DNA of 64,000 nucleotides from Octopus sinensis. Its lineage: Eukaryota. The translations under genes and the position numbers were made by a program. Where the stretch lies: contig NW_021832432.1 of assembly GCF_006345805.1 (NCBI RefSeq), forward strand, positions 124,001 to 188,000. The letters run 5' to 3'. Under the pieces are notes generated by a model that ran no database searches, was not told the origin of the DNA, and worked only from the letters and a program-made list of their open reading frames with translations. Positions 25,622 to 38,090 of this stretch are shown here, piece by piece (position 1 is the first letter of the stretch; each line of letters begins with the position of its first letter).

Positions 25622-25904
25622 TACATTATTTACATTTGATAGATATTTGTCCTCATCTTGTTTGCTGATATACCTCCAGCCTTCATCAGGTGTCTTGGGG
25701 AAATTTCGAAACTGGGTTTTCATTCCTATTCTCATTCGAAGTTATTATTATTATTCTCATTCTCATTCGATGTTGTTGTTGTTATTATTATTATTATTGT
25801 TATCATTATTATTATCATTATTATTATTTAAGGTCATTGCCTGGAATCAAACTCAGAATCTTGGGGTTAGTAGCCCGCGCTCTTAACCACTACGCCATAT
25901 GCCC
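25622..25904 (-). mobile_element. tRNA-derived SINE family E with a hammerhead-like 3' part
   Basis: Head GGGCATATGGCGTAGTGGTTAAGAGCGCGGGCT...GAGTTTGATTCCAGG; (AAT)n linker; CTGATGA core; 13-bp duplication AGTGTACATAATT (25609-25621, 25920-25932). Confidence 0.8.
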
Positions 25905-26028
25905 ATAGACATATGGCATAGTGTACATAATTATGTACATAATTCCTCATCTCTAAAATATAGAAGTGAAAAGTGTACATAGTTTAGAAAGTGTAATTGG
26001 TGCTGTGCAAGGACTTTCCTTACTTTAA

Positions 26029-26249
26029 CCCATTAGCATTCAGACTCCTTTTATCAAATGTAATACTTATATATTTATATTTTATAAAATTAATCCTCAA
26101 TTATCTTGTAGCTTTGAGATTTTGAAGATGTGATTGTGTAGTTTTTTAATGACATTGTTGTGTAGGTGTGAGAAGCCAGATCTTGTCAGTTTGAACATAA
26201 AACAGATAGAATATTTCAGGTGGATATGGCCAGTTTAAATGCTACAGGG
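26029..26249. mobile_element. piggyBac-type MITE
   Basis: TTAA|CCCATTAGCATT ... AATGCTACAGGG|TTAC; related copies at 36679 and 61252. Confidence 0.7.
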
Positions 26250-26553
26250 TTACAAAGCTTCAGGTACAAATCAAATATCACTTGATTTTTAATGTCTATA
26301 TTATGTTGCATTCTATGGCTGGCCATAGTATAAAAAAGACAAAACACTCAATGAGAGATTCTATGATAGAATGAAGGCTTGTTGTTGTCAGTGTGGGTGT
26401 CCATCTTTGCCACATCTGAGCAAAACAGTGTTGGTCCTTAGCAAAGTGAAAAGCCACTTCTATGGTGGTTTAAGAGAACATTGAGGTGAGAGCATTGCTT
26501 GAGATTAAGTTGCAGCTATCATATACATGTGAACATGCATGCACACATACACG

Positions 26554-26596
<43 letters not shown>

Positions 26597-26618
26597 TATA
26601 TTATATGTAAATATATCT

Positions 26619-26937
26619 CCTTTACTCTTTTACTTGTTTCAGTCATGTGACTGTGGCCATACTGGAGCACCGCCTTTAGTCGAGCAAATCAACCCCAGGA
26701 CTTATTCTTTGTAAGCCTAGTACTTATTCTATTGGTATCTTTTGCCGAACCGCTAAGTTGTGGGGATGTAAACACACCAGCATTGGTTGTCAAGCGATGT
26801 TGAGGGGATACACAAACATATACACACACATACATATATATATATGTATGTATATACGATGGGCATCTTTCAGTTTCCGTCTACCAAACCCACTCACAAG
26901 GCTTCGTAAGCAAGCTACTTACCACACAGCCACTCTT
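26619..26937 (-). mobile_element. SINE family A with an internal deletion
   Basis: Reverse-complement A. Confidence 0.9.
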
Positions 26938-27034
26938 ATGCCTATAAATATATATAAAGAGAACACAAATGGTGTTTAAAATTTATGATAGCTGTTTCAG
27001 TAGAATTTTATAGATGTAGTCATAAATTACATCA

Positions 27035-27905
27035 TCTATAATAATAAATGTGAAATTCTGTCTGTCCGGGACCTCTCTATCTCTATCAGTCTATATTTGC
27101 TCTACAAAGACACATTATACCTCCTTGAAATCAGGATGATCCTGAGATTGAAAATCTGTCTTTCATTTGGATCTTGAACATCCAGCATTAGGATCTGATT
27201 TAAAAGCATTTGGGTTGCTATTTCTAGCAGGTAAAGCTTGGCTGATTCACACCATCTTGGTTGGCATTTGTCAGATGATATCCAAGATCAAGGGACAGAT
27301 AAATGACATTCACTTCTCTTTTATTCTTTTACTTGTTTCAGTCATTTGACTGCAGCCATGCTGGAACACCGCTTTTAGTCGAGCAAATTGACCCCAGGAC
27401 TTATTCTTTGGAAGTCTAGTACTTATTCTATTGGTCTCTTTTGCCGAACCGCTAAGTTATGGGGACATAAACACACCATTATCGATTGTCAAGTGATGAT
27501 GGCGGGGACAAACACAGACACACAAACATATACACACACATACATATGTATATACATATATACAACTGGCTTCTTTCAGTTTCCATCTACCAAATTCACT
27601 CATAAGGCTTTGGTTGGCCTGAGGCTATAGTAGAAGACACTTGCCCAAGGTGCCACAGAGTGGGAATGAACCTGGAACCATATGGTTGGTAAGCAAGCTA
27701 CTTACCACACAGCCATTCCTGTGCCTAACTTTGTTAATTTTATGTCAAGATAAGAACTTTGGTACAAATTGGCCAACAGTTGGAACTCAAATTCAGGCTG
27801 GAACCATAGAATGATTGCATTACAGAATTAATTCTCATCCATCCTTAACCTCTGATCAAGCGCCATTGAGATATATAGTCATTATAGACGTATTATAGTC
27901 ATGCT
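27035..27905 (+). mobile_element. Non-autonomous Helitron-like repeat interrupted by SINE A
   Basis: A|TCTATAATAATAAATG...TCTGTCTGTC start; colinear with 52767-53213. Confidence 0.6.
27318..27725 (-). mobile_element. SINE family A, full length
   Basis: Reverse-complement A; the empty site is visible in the 52.8-kb copy. Confidence 0.92.
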
Positions 27906-27988
27906 ATTTAGCCCTCTTCAGTTTGAAGAACTAACTTAAAAGTCCACACCAAGTGCAGCTTTTAAGTTAGTCTATTATAATTCCATTC

Positions 27989-28350
27989 GTGGAGGCACAA
28001 TGGCCCAGTGGTTAGGGCAGCGGACTCGTGGTCATAGGATCGCGGTTTCGATTCCCAGACCGGGCGTTGTGAGTGTTTATTGAGCGATAACACCTAAAGC
28101 TCCACGAGGCTCCGGCAGGGGATGGTGGTGATCCCTGCTGTACTCTTTCACCACAACTTTCTCTCACTCTTACTTCCTGTTTCTGTTGTACCTGTATTTC
28201 AAAGGGCCGGCCTTGTCACTCTCTGTGTCACGCTGAATATCCCCGAGAACTACGTTAAGGGTACACGAGTCTGTGGAGTACTCAGCCACTTACACGTTAA
28301 TTTCACGAGCAGGCTGTTCCGTTGATTCGTAACCAACGGAGTGCTTCCAC
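27989..28350 (+). mobile_element. tRNA-derived SINE family F
   Basis: TGGCCCAGTGG A box, GGTTTCGATTCC B box; TSD AATTCCATTC (27979-27988, 28351-28360). Confidence 0.88.
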
Positions 28351-29198
28351 AATTCCATTCACATCTTTCTCTCTCTCTCTCTGCTGTTTATCTTTCATAG
28401 TCATTTGAGCACCACCCACTAACCATCCTTCTTATGAAATATGGCTGTCTATGACACTGAAATCTACATCAGGTATATTTCAATATTTTCGGTTTATCTT
28501 TATGTTAATTTTTATAGTGCAGGTGAGTTTGATTATGTTTCGTTCATACCTACATGTAGTTGTGAGTACAAGATCTGCATGGTAAATTCTTTGAGATGAC
28601 ATTAAGGTGACATACATTGTTGGATATAAGTTCTTCCTGTTGAGGTAAGCTCTTGTACATGACGACACCTTTTGTTTCAATATCTCTCACAGTTAGTTTC
28701 GGTGATTCATAGCAGGTGTTGGTAAAGCAGTCACTATCGACCTCTAATAATCTATGGTGCTATGCAAGGGGTTCATAAATACCTGTGATGATTTTGTGTA
28801 TTAGGGTATTGAATTATTAACAAATCGAACCTGAAAGAATTTAGTAATTCAAGATTAAAAACTCATTAATTTCTAGCCAAATATCAATGAAATATTTCTC
28901 ATTAAAAAGTATTAATGAAACAAAACAACAAAAGTATTATTGCTTTTAAGTCATGAAATTTCTTTATTAATTATACATTATCAATTAGGCTTTAATTTAT
29001 AAATTTATATGTCAGGGTCAATGAGTTATCATCAATTCCATGAAGTGTTCGGTGAAATTTTGCATATAATGCCTGGTTTATATGCATATTAAATTGTCTC
29101 TAGTAACATATAATTTACCATCTTCAGGTAAAATTTTAATTAGGTAAGATGTCAAACATGAAATTTCATATGCTGAACATGATGAATCTAAATTTCTA

Positions 29199-29490
29199 AA
29201 GCTTGCTTCCCAACAACATGGTTCCGGGTTCAGACTCACAGCATGGTACCTTAGGCAAGTGTCTTTTGCTACTGCCTCGGACTGATCAAAGCCTTGTGAG
29301 TGGATTTGGTAGACAGAAACTGAAAGAATAAGGCGGTGAGCAAACAGAAATGTTAGCATGCTGGGCGAAATGCTTAGCGGTATTTCGTCTGCGGCTACGT
29401 TCTGAGTTCAAATTCCGCCAAGGTTGACTTTGCCTTTCATCCATTTGGGGTCAATTGAATATGTACGGTTACGCACTGAGGTTGATATCT
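29199..29490 (+). mobile_element. SINE A 5' half directly followed by a SINE B copy (29329-29490)
   Basis: ...GAAACTGAAAGAA|TAAGGCGGTGAG... Confidence 0.8.
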
Positions 29491-29529
29491 ATGTCTGTGT
29501 GTGTTTATGTATACGTGTGTGTGTATATA

Positions 29530-29935
29530 TCATCATCATCATCATCATCGTTTAATGTCCACTTTCCATGCTAGCATGAGTTGGACGATTTGACTGAGGG
29601 CTGGCGAACCAGATGGCTGCACTGGGCTCCAGTCTTGATCTGGCAGAGTTTCTACAGCTGGATTCCCTTCCTAGCGCCAACTACTCTGAGAGTGTAGTGG
29701 GTGCTTTTACATGCCACCGGCATGGGGGCCAGTCAGGCGGTACTGGCAATGACCTCACTCGAATCTTTTTACACATGCTACCGGCACAGGTTCCAGTGGT
29801 AAGGCGACACTGGTAATGATCATACTCGAATGGTGCCTTTTACGTGCCTCTGGCTCAGAAGCCAGTTAGCCGCTCTGGCAACGATCACGCTCGGATGGTG
29901 CTCTTAGCACCCTACTAACACAGGGCACAAGTGCC
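29530..29935 (-). mobile_element. RTE 3' UTR copy
   Basis: (CAT)n tail; TTTTACRYGYYACCGGCAC repeats. Confidence 0.8.
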
Positions 29936-31536
29936 ATATATATATATATATAGATCAAAGGTGAAAAAAACAACAAATGGAAATCATCCAAACATAACAA
30001 GCAGGAAAAGGATGATAGCACAGCAACAGCAAACAAGACAAAACAAGATACATGGATCATTCGCAACCAATTACTTCTTCAGTCGGAGTCTAGAATGTCT
30101 ACATAGTTTTGCTCATTTTTCTCAGATACTACTCGAAACCAGTTGGGCCTATGAGTTAAGCTGAGGGCATTAAGCCTCTGAGCAAGGCAAACGAATGTAC
30201 ATATACAAACACAAGGAAATAACAAACAGAAATATTGGATGAACGTAACATAAGAAATAGAATTATACGTATACAATGGACAAAAGCCTTTCGGCTATAC
30301 AACAAAATTACAACAAAACAAAACAGAGTCTTTCGACTATCAGACAGTGTAGTATGTGAGCACAAAGGAGCAAAACAGTGGGAAAGTCTTACTGACTGGG
30401 TGGCAAGACAGAACAAGACAGCGTAGTAAGCTAGCACAGGGAAAAAGGAAATGAAAAAAAATCTTACTGACTGGGTGGTGAGACAAAAACAGAATAGATG
30501 CGACTGACCTCAAAGGTGGTCAGCCGAAATAGGACAACAATGCATAAAACGGACAGCGATCATGTGGTAGAGGAGGGGAGGAGTTGAAGAAAGCCAAGGG
30601 GTAAATTTTTGTGTAAACACCCGCATGATTTTCACTAAGAAAAAACAAAAACTTGGATTTTTTGCGGAATCAAGTACCATCAACCCTTGATTCCATGCAA
30701 AAAATCTGAATATATACACATGTATACATAAACACACACACACATACACACGCACACACACACACACACACACTCACACATACATGTAATAATGTTTTAT
30801 TTAAAGTAGTAAGGTTGATGGCGACAATAGGAGTAATAATAAGAGAGATAGTGGGTAAGAGAAAGGGGAGATAATGTACAACTTTCCTGGACAGAAATTC
30901 CTGTGGCCAGCATACTGAACCAACTACTGAACACTATCATTTTTGGTTCAGTTTTTGCTTTCTTTAATACATACACATGCATACACACACATATATGAAA
31001 TACACTTTAATTGAAGTACAGTTTCCCCCAAAATTAAACATCTAATAAAATAAATGCAGAAACTAATTTCTGTGTCAGTGTATCACACTTAGGCCCCCTC
31101 TCCAACTATTCAATGATGCTCCTGCTATTCCTCATGATGGGGCGAGAGTAATGGTAGGCATAGAGACAGTCAAGACAGAGAGAGAAAGAGAGAGAGAGAG
31201 AGAGACGGAGAGAAAGCGAGAGTGAGAGATGGAGAGAAAGATAGTCAAAGAAATTTAGGGAGAGTTGATGTTTTATTAAAAGTAGTAGTGTTGATGGTGG
31301 CAGTGGGAGTCATAATAAAAGAGGGTGATGATGTGACATGTCTCTTTGACAAAAATTGCTGTCACGAACATACTGAATTCTATCATTTTAGTGATGACCT
31401 CTCCCCATCCTAAAAGAGGTCATCATCATTGAACTCATATTTCATGCCAGTATCTATACAATGGTAAAAAACTAAATGAATAAATGAGTGGTAAAAAACA
31501 TTCCAAATGGAAAAGAAATCCATCGCTTTCCCTCTC

Positions 31537-31681
31537 TACCTATCTATCTGTCTGTCTCTCTATATGTCTATCTATCTATCTGTCTAACTATCTATCAATC
31601 ATCTACCTACCTACTTACCTACCTACCTACCTACCTACTTACCTATCTATCTACCTATTTATCTATCTATCTATCTATCTA

Positions 31682-31749
<68 letters not shown>

Positions 31750-31763
31750 TCTATTTATCTATC
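31537..31763. repeat. Compound (TCTA)n/(CCTA)n/(TCTG)n microsatellite; a similar tract lies at 32626-32710
   Basis: Direct reading. Confidence 0.97.
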
Positions 31764-32080
31764 ATCAGTAGTTTTTGGTTATCTCACCCCCATTAAAAAA
31801 TTGGGTTATCTCCACAAGTTTTATGAGAAATATTGGTACTTTTGGTTATCTCCCACATCTTAAAACAATGCTTAACTCTCAATAAAACAAACAAAAAAAA
31901 ACAAAAACAAAAGTGAAATGATGAAATGTGTTATTGAATCTGATAATATTTTTATAACAAATCATACAAAACTGATAAAGATTAATAAACATGAAAACTG
32001 GAAGAATTAAACATCTTATTGAATCTGATAACATTTTTATAACAAATCATACCATGCCACGGTTAACAAATCATACCATG

Positions 32081-32210
32081 CCATGGTTCCAGGTTCAGTC
32101 CCACTGAATGGCACCTTGGGCAAGTGTCTTCTACTATAGCCTCGGACCAACCAAAGCCTTGTGAGTGGATTTGGTAGATGGAAACTGAAAGAAGCCCATC
32201 ATATGTATAC

Positions 32211-32268
<58 letters not shown>

Positions 32269-32476
32269 ATATGTTTGTGTGTCTGTGTTTGTTTCCCCAA
32301 CATCGCTTGACAACCGATGCTGGTGTGTTTACGTCCCTGTAACTTAGCGGTTCGGCAAAAGAGACCGATAAAATAAGTACTAGGCTTACAAAGAATAAGT
32401 CCTGGGGTCGATGTGCTCGACTAAAGGTGGTGCTCCAGCATGGCCACAGTCAAAATGACTGAAACAAGTAAAAGAA
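32081..32476 (+). mobile_element. SINE family A, 5'-truncated
   Basis: A core and tail. Confidence 0.9.
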
Positions 32477-32652
32477 TATGACTATTGAGGAGGCCAAACA
32501 TCACCAATGTGTTAAAGTATTGAATCAAAAGGATCTAATTCTTTTAATCCAATCTCTCGTGGCCACATTAACTCAATTTTTTCAATGGCAATTTTTTAAT
32601 GGGGGTGAGATAACCAAAAAGTACCCTATCTATCTATCTATCTATCTATCTA

Positions 32653-32703
<51 letters not shown>

Positions 32704-32776
32704 GTCTGTCTCCTCCTCTATCTTTTCTCTCGTCAAAGACAATATTCCTTTCCTTCAGTGCTCGCTACCTTACTTC

Positions 32777-32968
32777 ATCTCAGAAAATAATTAAAAATTC
32801 ACATTTTTTATCAAATTATTTTGTTATATTTGTCTATCTATCCAACTGTAAACATTCGGGGCATTTTGTTGTTTTTGTAAAATCTCAGAAAATAATTAAA
32901 AATTCACATTTTTTATCAAATTATTTTGTTATATTTGTCTATCTATCCAACTGTAAACAGTCGGGGCA
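32777..32968. repeat. 87-bp direct duplication, 105-bp period
   Basis: ATCTCAGAAAATAATT...AAACA(T/G)TCGGGGCA twice. Confidence 0.95.
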
Positions 32969-33300
32969 CGCTGGCATCGGCCACGTTCGGATAGTGCTTT
33001 TTATGTGCCACTGGCACAGGCATCATAACTACTATTTCCATTGATATTTATTTCGACGTTCATGTTCATGTTCATGTACTTGACTCAACAGGTCTCCTCA
33101 AGCACAGCGGGACGTTCTGGGATCCGGGGTACTTTGAATGGGCAGGGGCTATGTGGAACTGATGCAGGAAGCAGCCTGGGTCTTTGCAGTCACAGCATAT
33201 CTCCAGAGATCTTGGTCCTTCGCCATTGCCCCAGTGAAGCCCAACGCTCTGAGGTCATGCTTGACTACCTCATCCCCCTGATACCTTCAACTGTTTGGGA
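32969..33300 (-). mobile_element. RTE LINE C-terminal fragment
   Basis: Minus strand gives DEVVKHDLRALGFTGAMAKDQDLWRYAVTAKT. Confidence 0.8.
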
Positions 33301-34332
33301 GTGGCACTTCTTCACATATATATATATATATATATCACCATGAGTCAAACAAGATATATTTTATCTGAAGGCATATACATATATGTATGTTTATATACAT
33401 GGGCTTTGTAGAACAAACAGAAGAACAGAACTCCATACATTAGTATACATATATACACACAACCCATGTAAATATACACACTTGTATGGGCATCTGTAAG
33501 TGTATATTTGTCCTTGTGTATGTGTGTGTGTACATATCATCATCATCATCCACTTCTCCATGTTTTGTATGGATCAGACAAAATTTGTCAAAGCAGATTA
33601 TCTATGGTTGGAAGTTCTTCCTGTCCTCAACCTTCACCAGTTTCGAAGCAAGATGATATTTTCCCATAGCTAGACATGCTTTCCACAGAAGACTGGAAGC
33701 AAACAACCTCTCTTGTAAAACAATGATGATCATTTACAACCATCACATGCATACACACATACATGAATGCACACACGCACACACACACACACACGCACAC
33801 ACACACATACAAGCACACACATGCACACATGCCCACACACACATATACATGCACACGCCTTTATACATACACACACGCACACATACACCCACAGAAACAC
33901 ACCCACCCACACATGCTCACATGCACGTATATGATGGACTTTCAGTTTCTGCCCACCAAATTCATTCACAATGCCTTGGCTGGCCTGGAATCAGAGTAGA
34001 AAATACTTGCCCAAGGTGTTGTGCAGTGGGACTGAACCCAAACCCCTTATCCACAACAAAAAAACCCATGTTATCACATGACTTCAAATAAGCCAGTTTG
34101 AGAAGTACACGTACGTCTACACTATCGTGATACAATAGAATTAAAAGCCTATAAGTGCTTTAATGATTTCAAGTACATCGAGTGCTTGAGTTAAGTATAA
34201 CAGGCATAGCTTGACAATTGCATCTCATATGCCATCAGCATTATTTGTAGCATATTCTAACAAGTCCTTGCTGTGTGGTTTAAAACTATCTTAGATGTTA
34301 CATTTAAACCAGGATATATATAAACGTATATA

Positions 34333-34460
34333 TCTTTATATATAAAAGTAAGGTTGTGTGTCTGTCTCCTACGATTTAGATTCCTAACTACTCCCACATT
34401 TTGCGGTGCAGTTTAACCAAAACCAGGTATCTTATAGTCGTGATTCATATCGAGCCCTTC
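34333..34460 (+). mobile_element. Helitron 5' end
   Basis: A|TCTTTATATATAAAAG...GTGTGTCTGTCT; possibly the same family as the 3' end at 15685 (inference). Confidence 0.65.
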
Positions 34461-34464
34461 TTGG

Positions 34465-35038
34465 AATTATCTTACTATTTTTATTCGTTGTTACTACGTT
34501 TATTCATACATTGATAACTTGATTCGTCTTACCCATCTCATTCGCTACGAAATTTAACCTTTAGGCTACTTTCAAGCCTTCGCCATAACTTGATTATCTT
34601 TCCTATCTCTCTCTCTACGAAATTTAACCTTAGGCTACCTCAAGCCGTAATCCTATCTTTTCCCATCTTTCCGCCATTGGCGGTCTTTTTTTCCTCCTCT
34701 TCTTCTTCTTATGCTAAAACTTGAAAATCGCCATTACCATTACGATTCTGCAATTTAAACTCCCAATTCAACTTACTTTCTTCTTCAATTTCAACTCCCG
34801 GTCGATGCCCGCAGCAAGTTCTTAAAAATTTATCTTACTATTTTTATTCGTTGTTACTACGTTTATTCATACATTGATAACTTGATTCGTCTTACCCATC
34901 TCATTCGCTACGAAAATTTAACCTTTTAGGCTACTTTCAAGCCTTCGCCATAACTTGATTTATCTTTCCTATCTCTCTCTCTACGAAATTTAACCTTAGG
35001 CTACCTCAAGCCGTAATCCTATCTTTTCCCATCTTTCC
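34465..35038. repeat. ~210-bp direct duplication (period ~362) with internal ~70-bp subrepeats
   Basis: 34465-34672 versus 34827-35038. Confidence 0.93.
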
Positions 35039-35405
35039 ACCAGATGGCTGCACCAGACTCCAATCTGATCTGGCAGAGTTTCTACAGCTGGATGCCCTTC
35101 CTAATGCCAACCACTCCAAGAGTGTAGTGGGTGCTTTTACATGCCAATGGCACGAGGGTCTGTCAGGCGGTACTGGCAACGGCCACGCTCAAATGGTGTT
35201 TTTACATGCCACCTGCACAGGAGTCAGTCTAGCGGCACTGGCAACGACCTCGCTTGAATATTTTCTCACGTGCCACCAGTAAGGCAACGCAGGTAATGAT
35301 CACACTCGAATGGTGTTTTTAACGTGCCATCGGCACAGCGGCCAGCTTGTTGCTCTGGCAATGATCTCACTGGTATGATACTCTTAGCACTCCACTAGCA
35401 TGGAT
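35039..35405 (-). mobile_element. RTE 3' UTR copy
   Basis: GGATGCCCTTCCTAATGCCAACCACTCC...GGGTGCTTTTAC and repeats. Confidence 0.82.
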
Positions 35406-35734
35406 GTATGTATGTAAGCATGTCTCTTCTATTTTTTAATAATAAATCTTTCACTGAGGAGGGAGCTGATTTCCAACAAAGATACAAGGCTCTATCTTTG
35501 GGATGTAATTAACACAGACAAATTCACATTTGGGACTTGAGAAAAGCCTTGCATATTTTTACTGTTCCACTTGCAGATTGCACTTGTAATGTACAAATCA
35601 GCCAGTCAGTTTCTCTTTCTGAAAATCCCTGTCTATCCAGATTCTCCTTTAAGCATTTACTAATAACATAGTTTGGATATAAAAGCTGTATGTATGTATG
35701 TATGTATGTGACTGCGTATGTACCGTTGGCCATT

Positions 35735-35915
35735 TTTTTTCCCTCCGTCTTCCCTTCTTTGGATCTTTCCTTTTCCTATGAATCTGACGAAGATCTCCGC
35801 TCGAAACTTTAAACCCTCCTTCTTTTCTTCTTTCCTGAGTGTCCAATAATACTATACTTGTTCCACGTCCTCACGTTGTTGTGTTTTCTCTTTGTGTTTT
35901 CATGTTTGGATTAAC
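35735..35915 (+). mobile_element. Penelope pLTR-like remnant
   Basis: CTGACGAAGATCTCCGCTCGAAAC motif followed by a T-rich tail. Confidence 0.45.
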
Positions 35916-35956
35916 TTTATGTATGTATGTACATACATATGTATGTATGTACATAC

Positions 35957-35987
<31 letters not shown>

Positions 35988-36339
35988 TGTATGTATACAT
36001 GCATGCATTCATGTAATATAATGTAATGTTTTTGCTGTAGATTGCTCTCCTGGGGTATATGTGAAATACTGATAGGAAGAGCAGGGTCCAGTTAGAGAAT
36101 TGTCAGTGGGACCCTCTACACTATGAAAGTTGAGGATTGATGTTTTATGCTTCTTGTAGTATGTCTGTCCCAGCCAAAAAGTGTTGAGGGCTTGAGGCTC
36201 CACCATTTAACCACAATGATATACTAAAGATTCATCTTAGCATCCTCCATTTGAGCATGTGTGCAGGGCCCTCACATGGCATAAGGGCCCAAATTTGAAC
36301 AAATCTGTCTAATTGGCTTAAAATCGGCCCTGCCAATAT

Positions 36340-36675
36340 TTTGGTCATCTCTTCAACTTGCCTCAATTTGCTACCTTTTCAAAATCTTTGCAGTCTCCTA
36401 TTTGTGACCGCCTTTATTCTGATGCTTATGACTTAGTTGCTCATATAGATGAAGATACGCAAACTCTCATGGATCTTATTTTTGCATCTTGGAAGGCATT
36501 TGGACTCAGCATTAGCCTGGAGAAGACTTGTAATATCCCAGGCGACACCAGAAAATCCATTTGTGAAATCATCTATGTTGGTTGAAGGAACAGTACTGAA
36601 AGTTGTAGACAAGCTTGTCTGTCCCTTGTAACAATGCACTCAGGCAGTATTGCTCTTTGGATGATAAAATATCTT
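36340..36675 (+). mobile_element. RTE-clade RT fragment (degenerate YADD region)
   Basis: GHLFNL; DRLYSDAYDLVAHIDEDTQTLMDLIFASWKAFGLSISLEKT; TVLKVVDKL. Confidence 0.85.
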
Positions 36676-36817
36676 TAACCCCTTAACATTCAGATTTTGT
36701 CTGTCAAATGTAATGCTTATTTATTCACATTAATATGAGCTGGTCATGCATTACCTTGTAGCTTTGAGATTCCAGTGATGGGATTGTTTATTTTTAGAAT
36801 AATATTGTAGGGTATGT

Positions 36818-37249
36818 AAAGTGGTGAGCTGGCAGAAACGTTAGCACACCGGGTGAAATGCTTAGTGGTATTTCGTCTGCCGTTATGCTCCGAGTTCAAA
36901 TTCCGCCAAGGTCAACTTTGCCTTTCATCCTTTCGGGGTCGATAAATTAAGTACCAGTTACACACTGGGGTCGATGTAATCGACTTAATCCCTTTGTCTG
37001 TCCTTGTTTGTCCCCTTTATGTTTAGCCCCTTGTGGGCAATAAAGAAATAAGAAACGTTAACAGACCAGGCAAAATGCTTAGTGGTATTTTGTCTGTCTT
37101 TACGTTCTGAGTTCAAATTCTGCCAAGGTTGACTTTGTCTGTTATCCTTTCAGGGTCGATAAATTAAGTACCAGTTGCATGCTGGGGTCAATGTATTCAA
37201 CTGGCTCCACTCCCCCAAAATTTCAGGCCTTGTACCTAGAGTAGAAAAG
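36818..37249 (+). mobile_element. SINE B dimer inserted in a piggyBac-type MITE (36679-37310)
   Basis: Perfect 17-bp TSD AATATTGTAGGGTATGT (36801-36817, 37250-37266). Confidence 0.93.
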
Positions 37250-37344
37250 AATATTGTAGGGTATGTGTGAGAGGCCGAATCTGGCTAGTTTGAAGACAAA
37301 AAATATATATATATATATACATATGTATATATATATATTATTTA

Positions 37345-37548
37345 TGTTATATATACTCTTTTACTTGTTTCAGTTATTTGACTGCGGCCATGCTGGAGCA
37401 CCGCCTCTAGTCGAGCAAATCGACCCTGGGACTTATTCTTTGTAAGCCCAGTACTTATTCTATCGGTCTCTTTTGCCGAACCGCTAAGTGACGGCGACGT
37501 AAACACACTAGCATCGGTTGTCAAGCAATGTTAGGGGGACAAACACAG

Positions 37549-37581
<33 letters not shown>

Positions 37582-37735
37582 CGACAGGCTTCTTTCAGTT
37601 TCCGTCTACCAAATCTACTCACAAGGCTTTGGTTGGCCTGAGGCTATAGTAGAAGACACTTGCTCAAGATGCCGGGACTGAACCCGGAACCATGTGGTTG
37701 GTAAGCAAGCTACTTACCACACGGCCACTCCTGCG
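37345..37735 (-). mobile_element. SINE family A, full length
   Basis: Reverse-complement A. Confidence 0.93.
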
Positions 37736-38090
37736 CCTATATATATATATATATATACATACATACATATACAGTCCACAAATGAGATTCAGAGATTCTC
37801 TATATAGAAGACACTGGAGTAGTGTTCAAAAGATTCTAACTTACACTCCTATGTCTTTACAGGGCATTGATTTCACAAAGTAACGAAATGCTATAAGCGG
37901 GATCGTCCATATACACTATAGGTGTCTTTTCAGTTTCTGTCTCTGAAACTGATCCCACAATTCATTAGTCAACTCCAGGTTACAGTAGGGCATTCAGTGG
38001 GGAGGAGAGATGCAGAAAGAAATGACTGAAGTGAACATTTTAACTGCACTTCCATTCCTATATGCTAACTCATAAGCACACACAATATTT

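Noticed and set aside
25831-25904. tRNA-like sequence (also heads at 13040-13117, 27989 and 60290)
   Set aside because: SINE heads: no acceptor stem, continuous with repeat bodies and TSDs
30380-30490. Repeated TCTTACTGACTGGGTGG (minus-strand GTAAGA donor-like)
   Set aside because: Explained by a degenerate ~75-bp tandem duplication
32478-33044. 188-aa ORF with a 35-aa repeat
   Set aside because: Composite of microsatellite, the 105-bp-period duplication and RTE UTR
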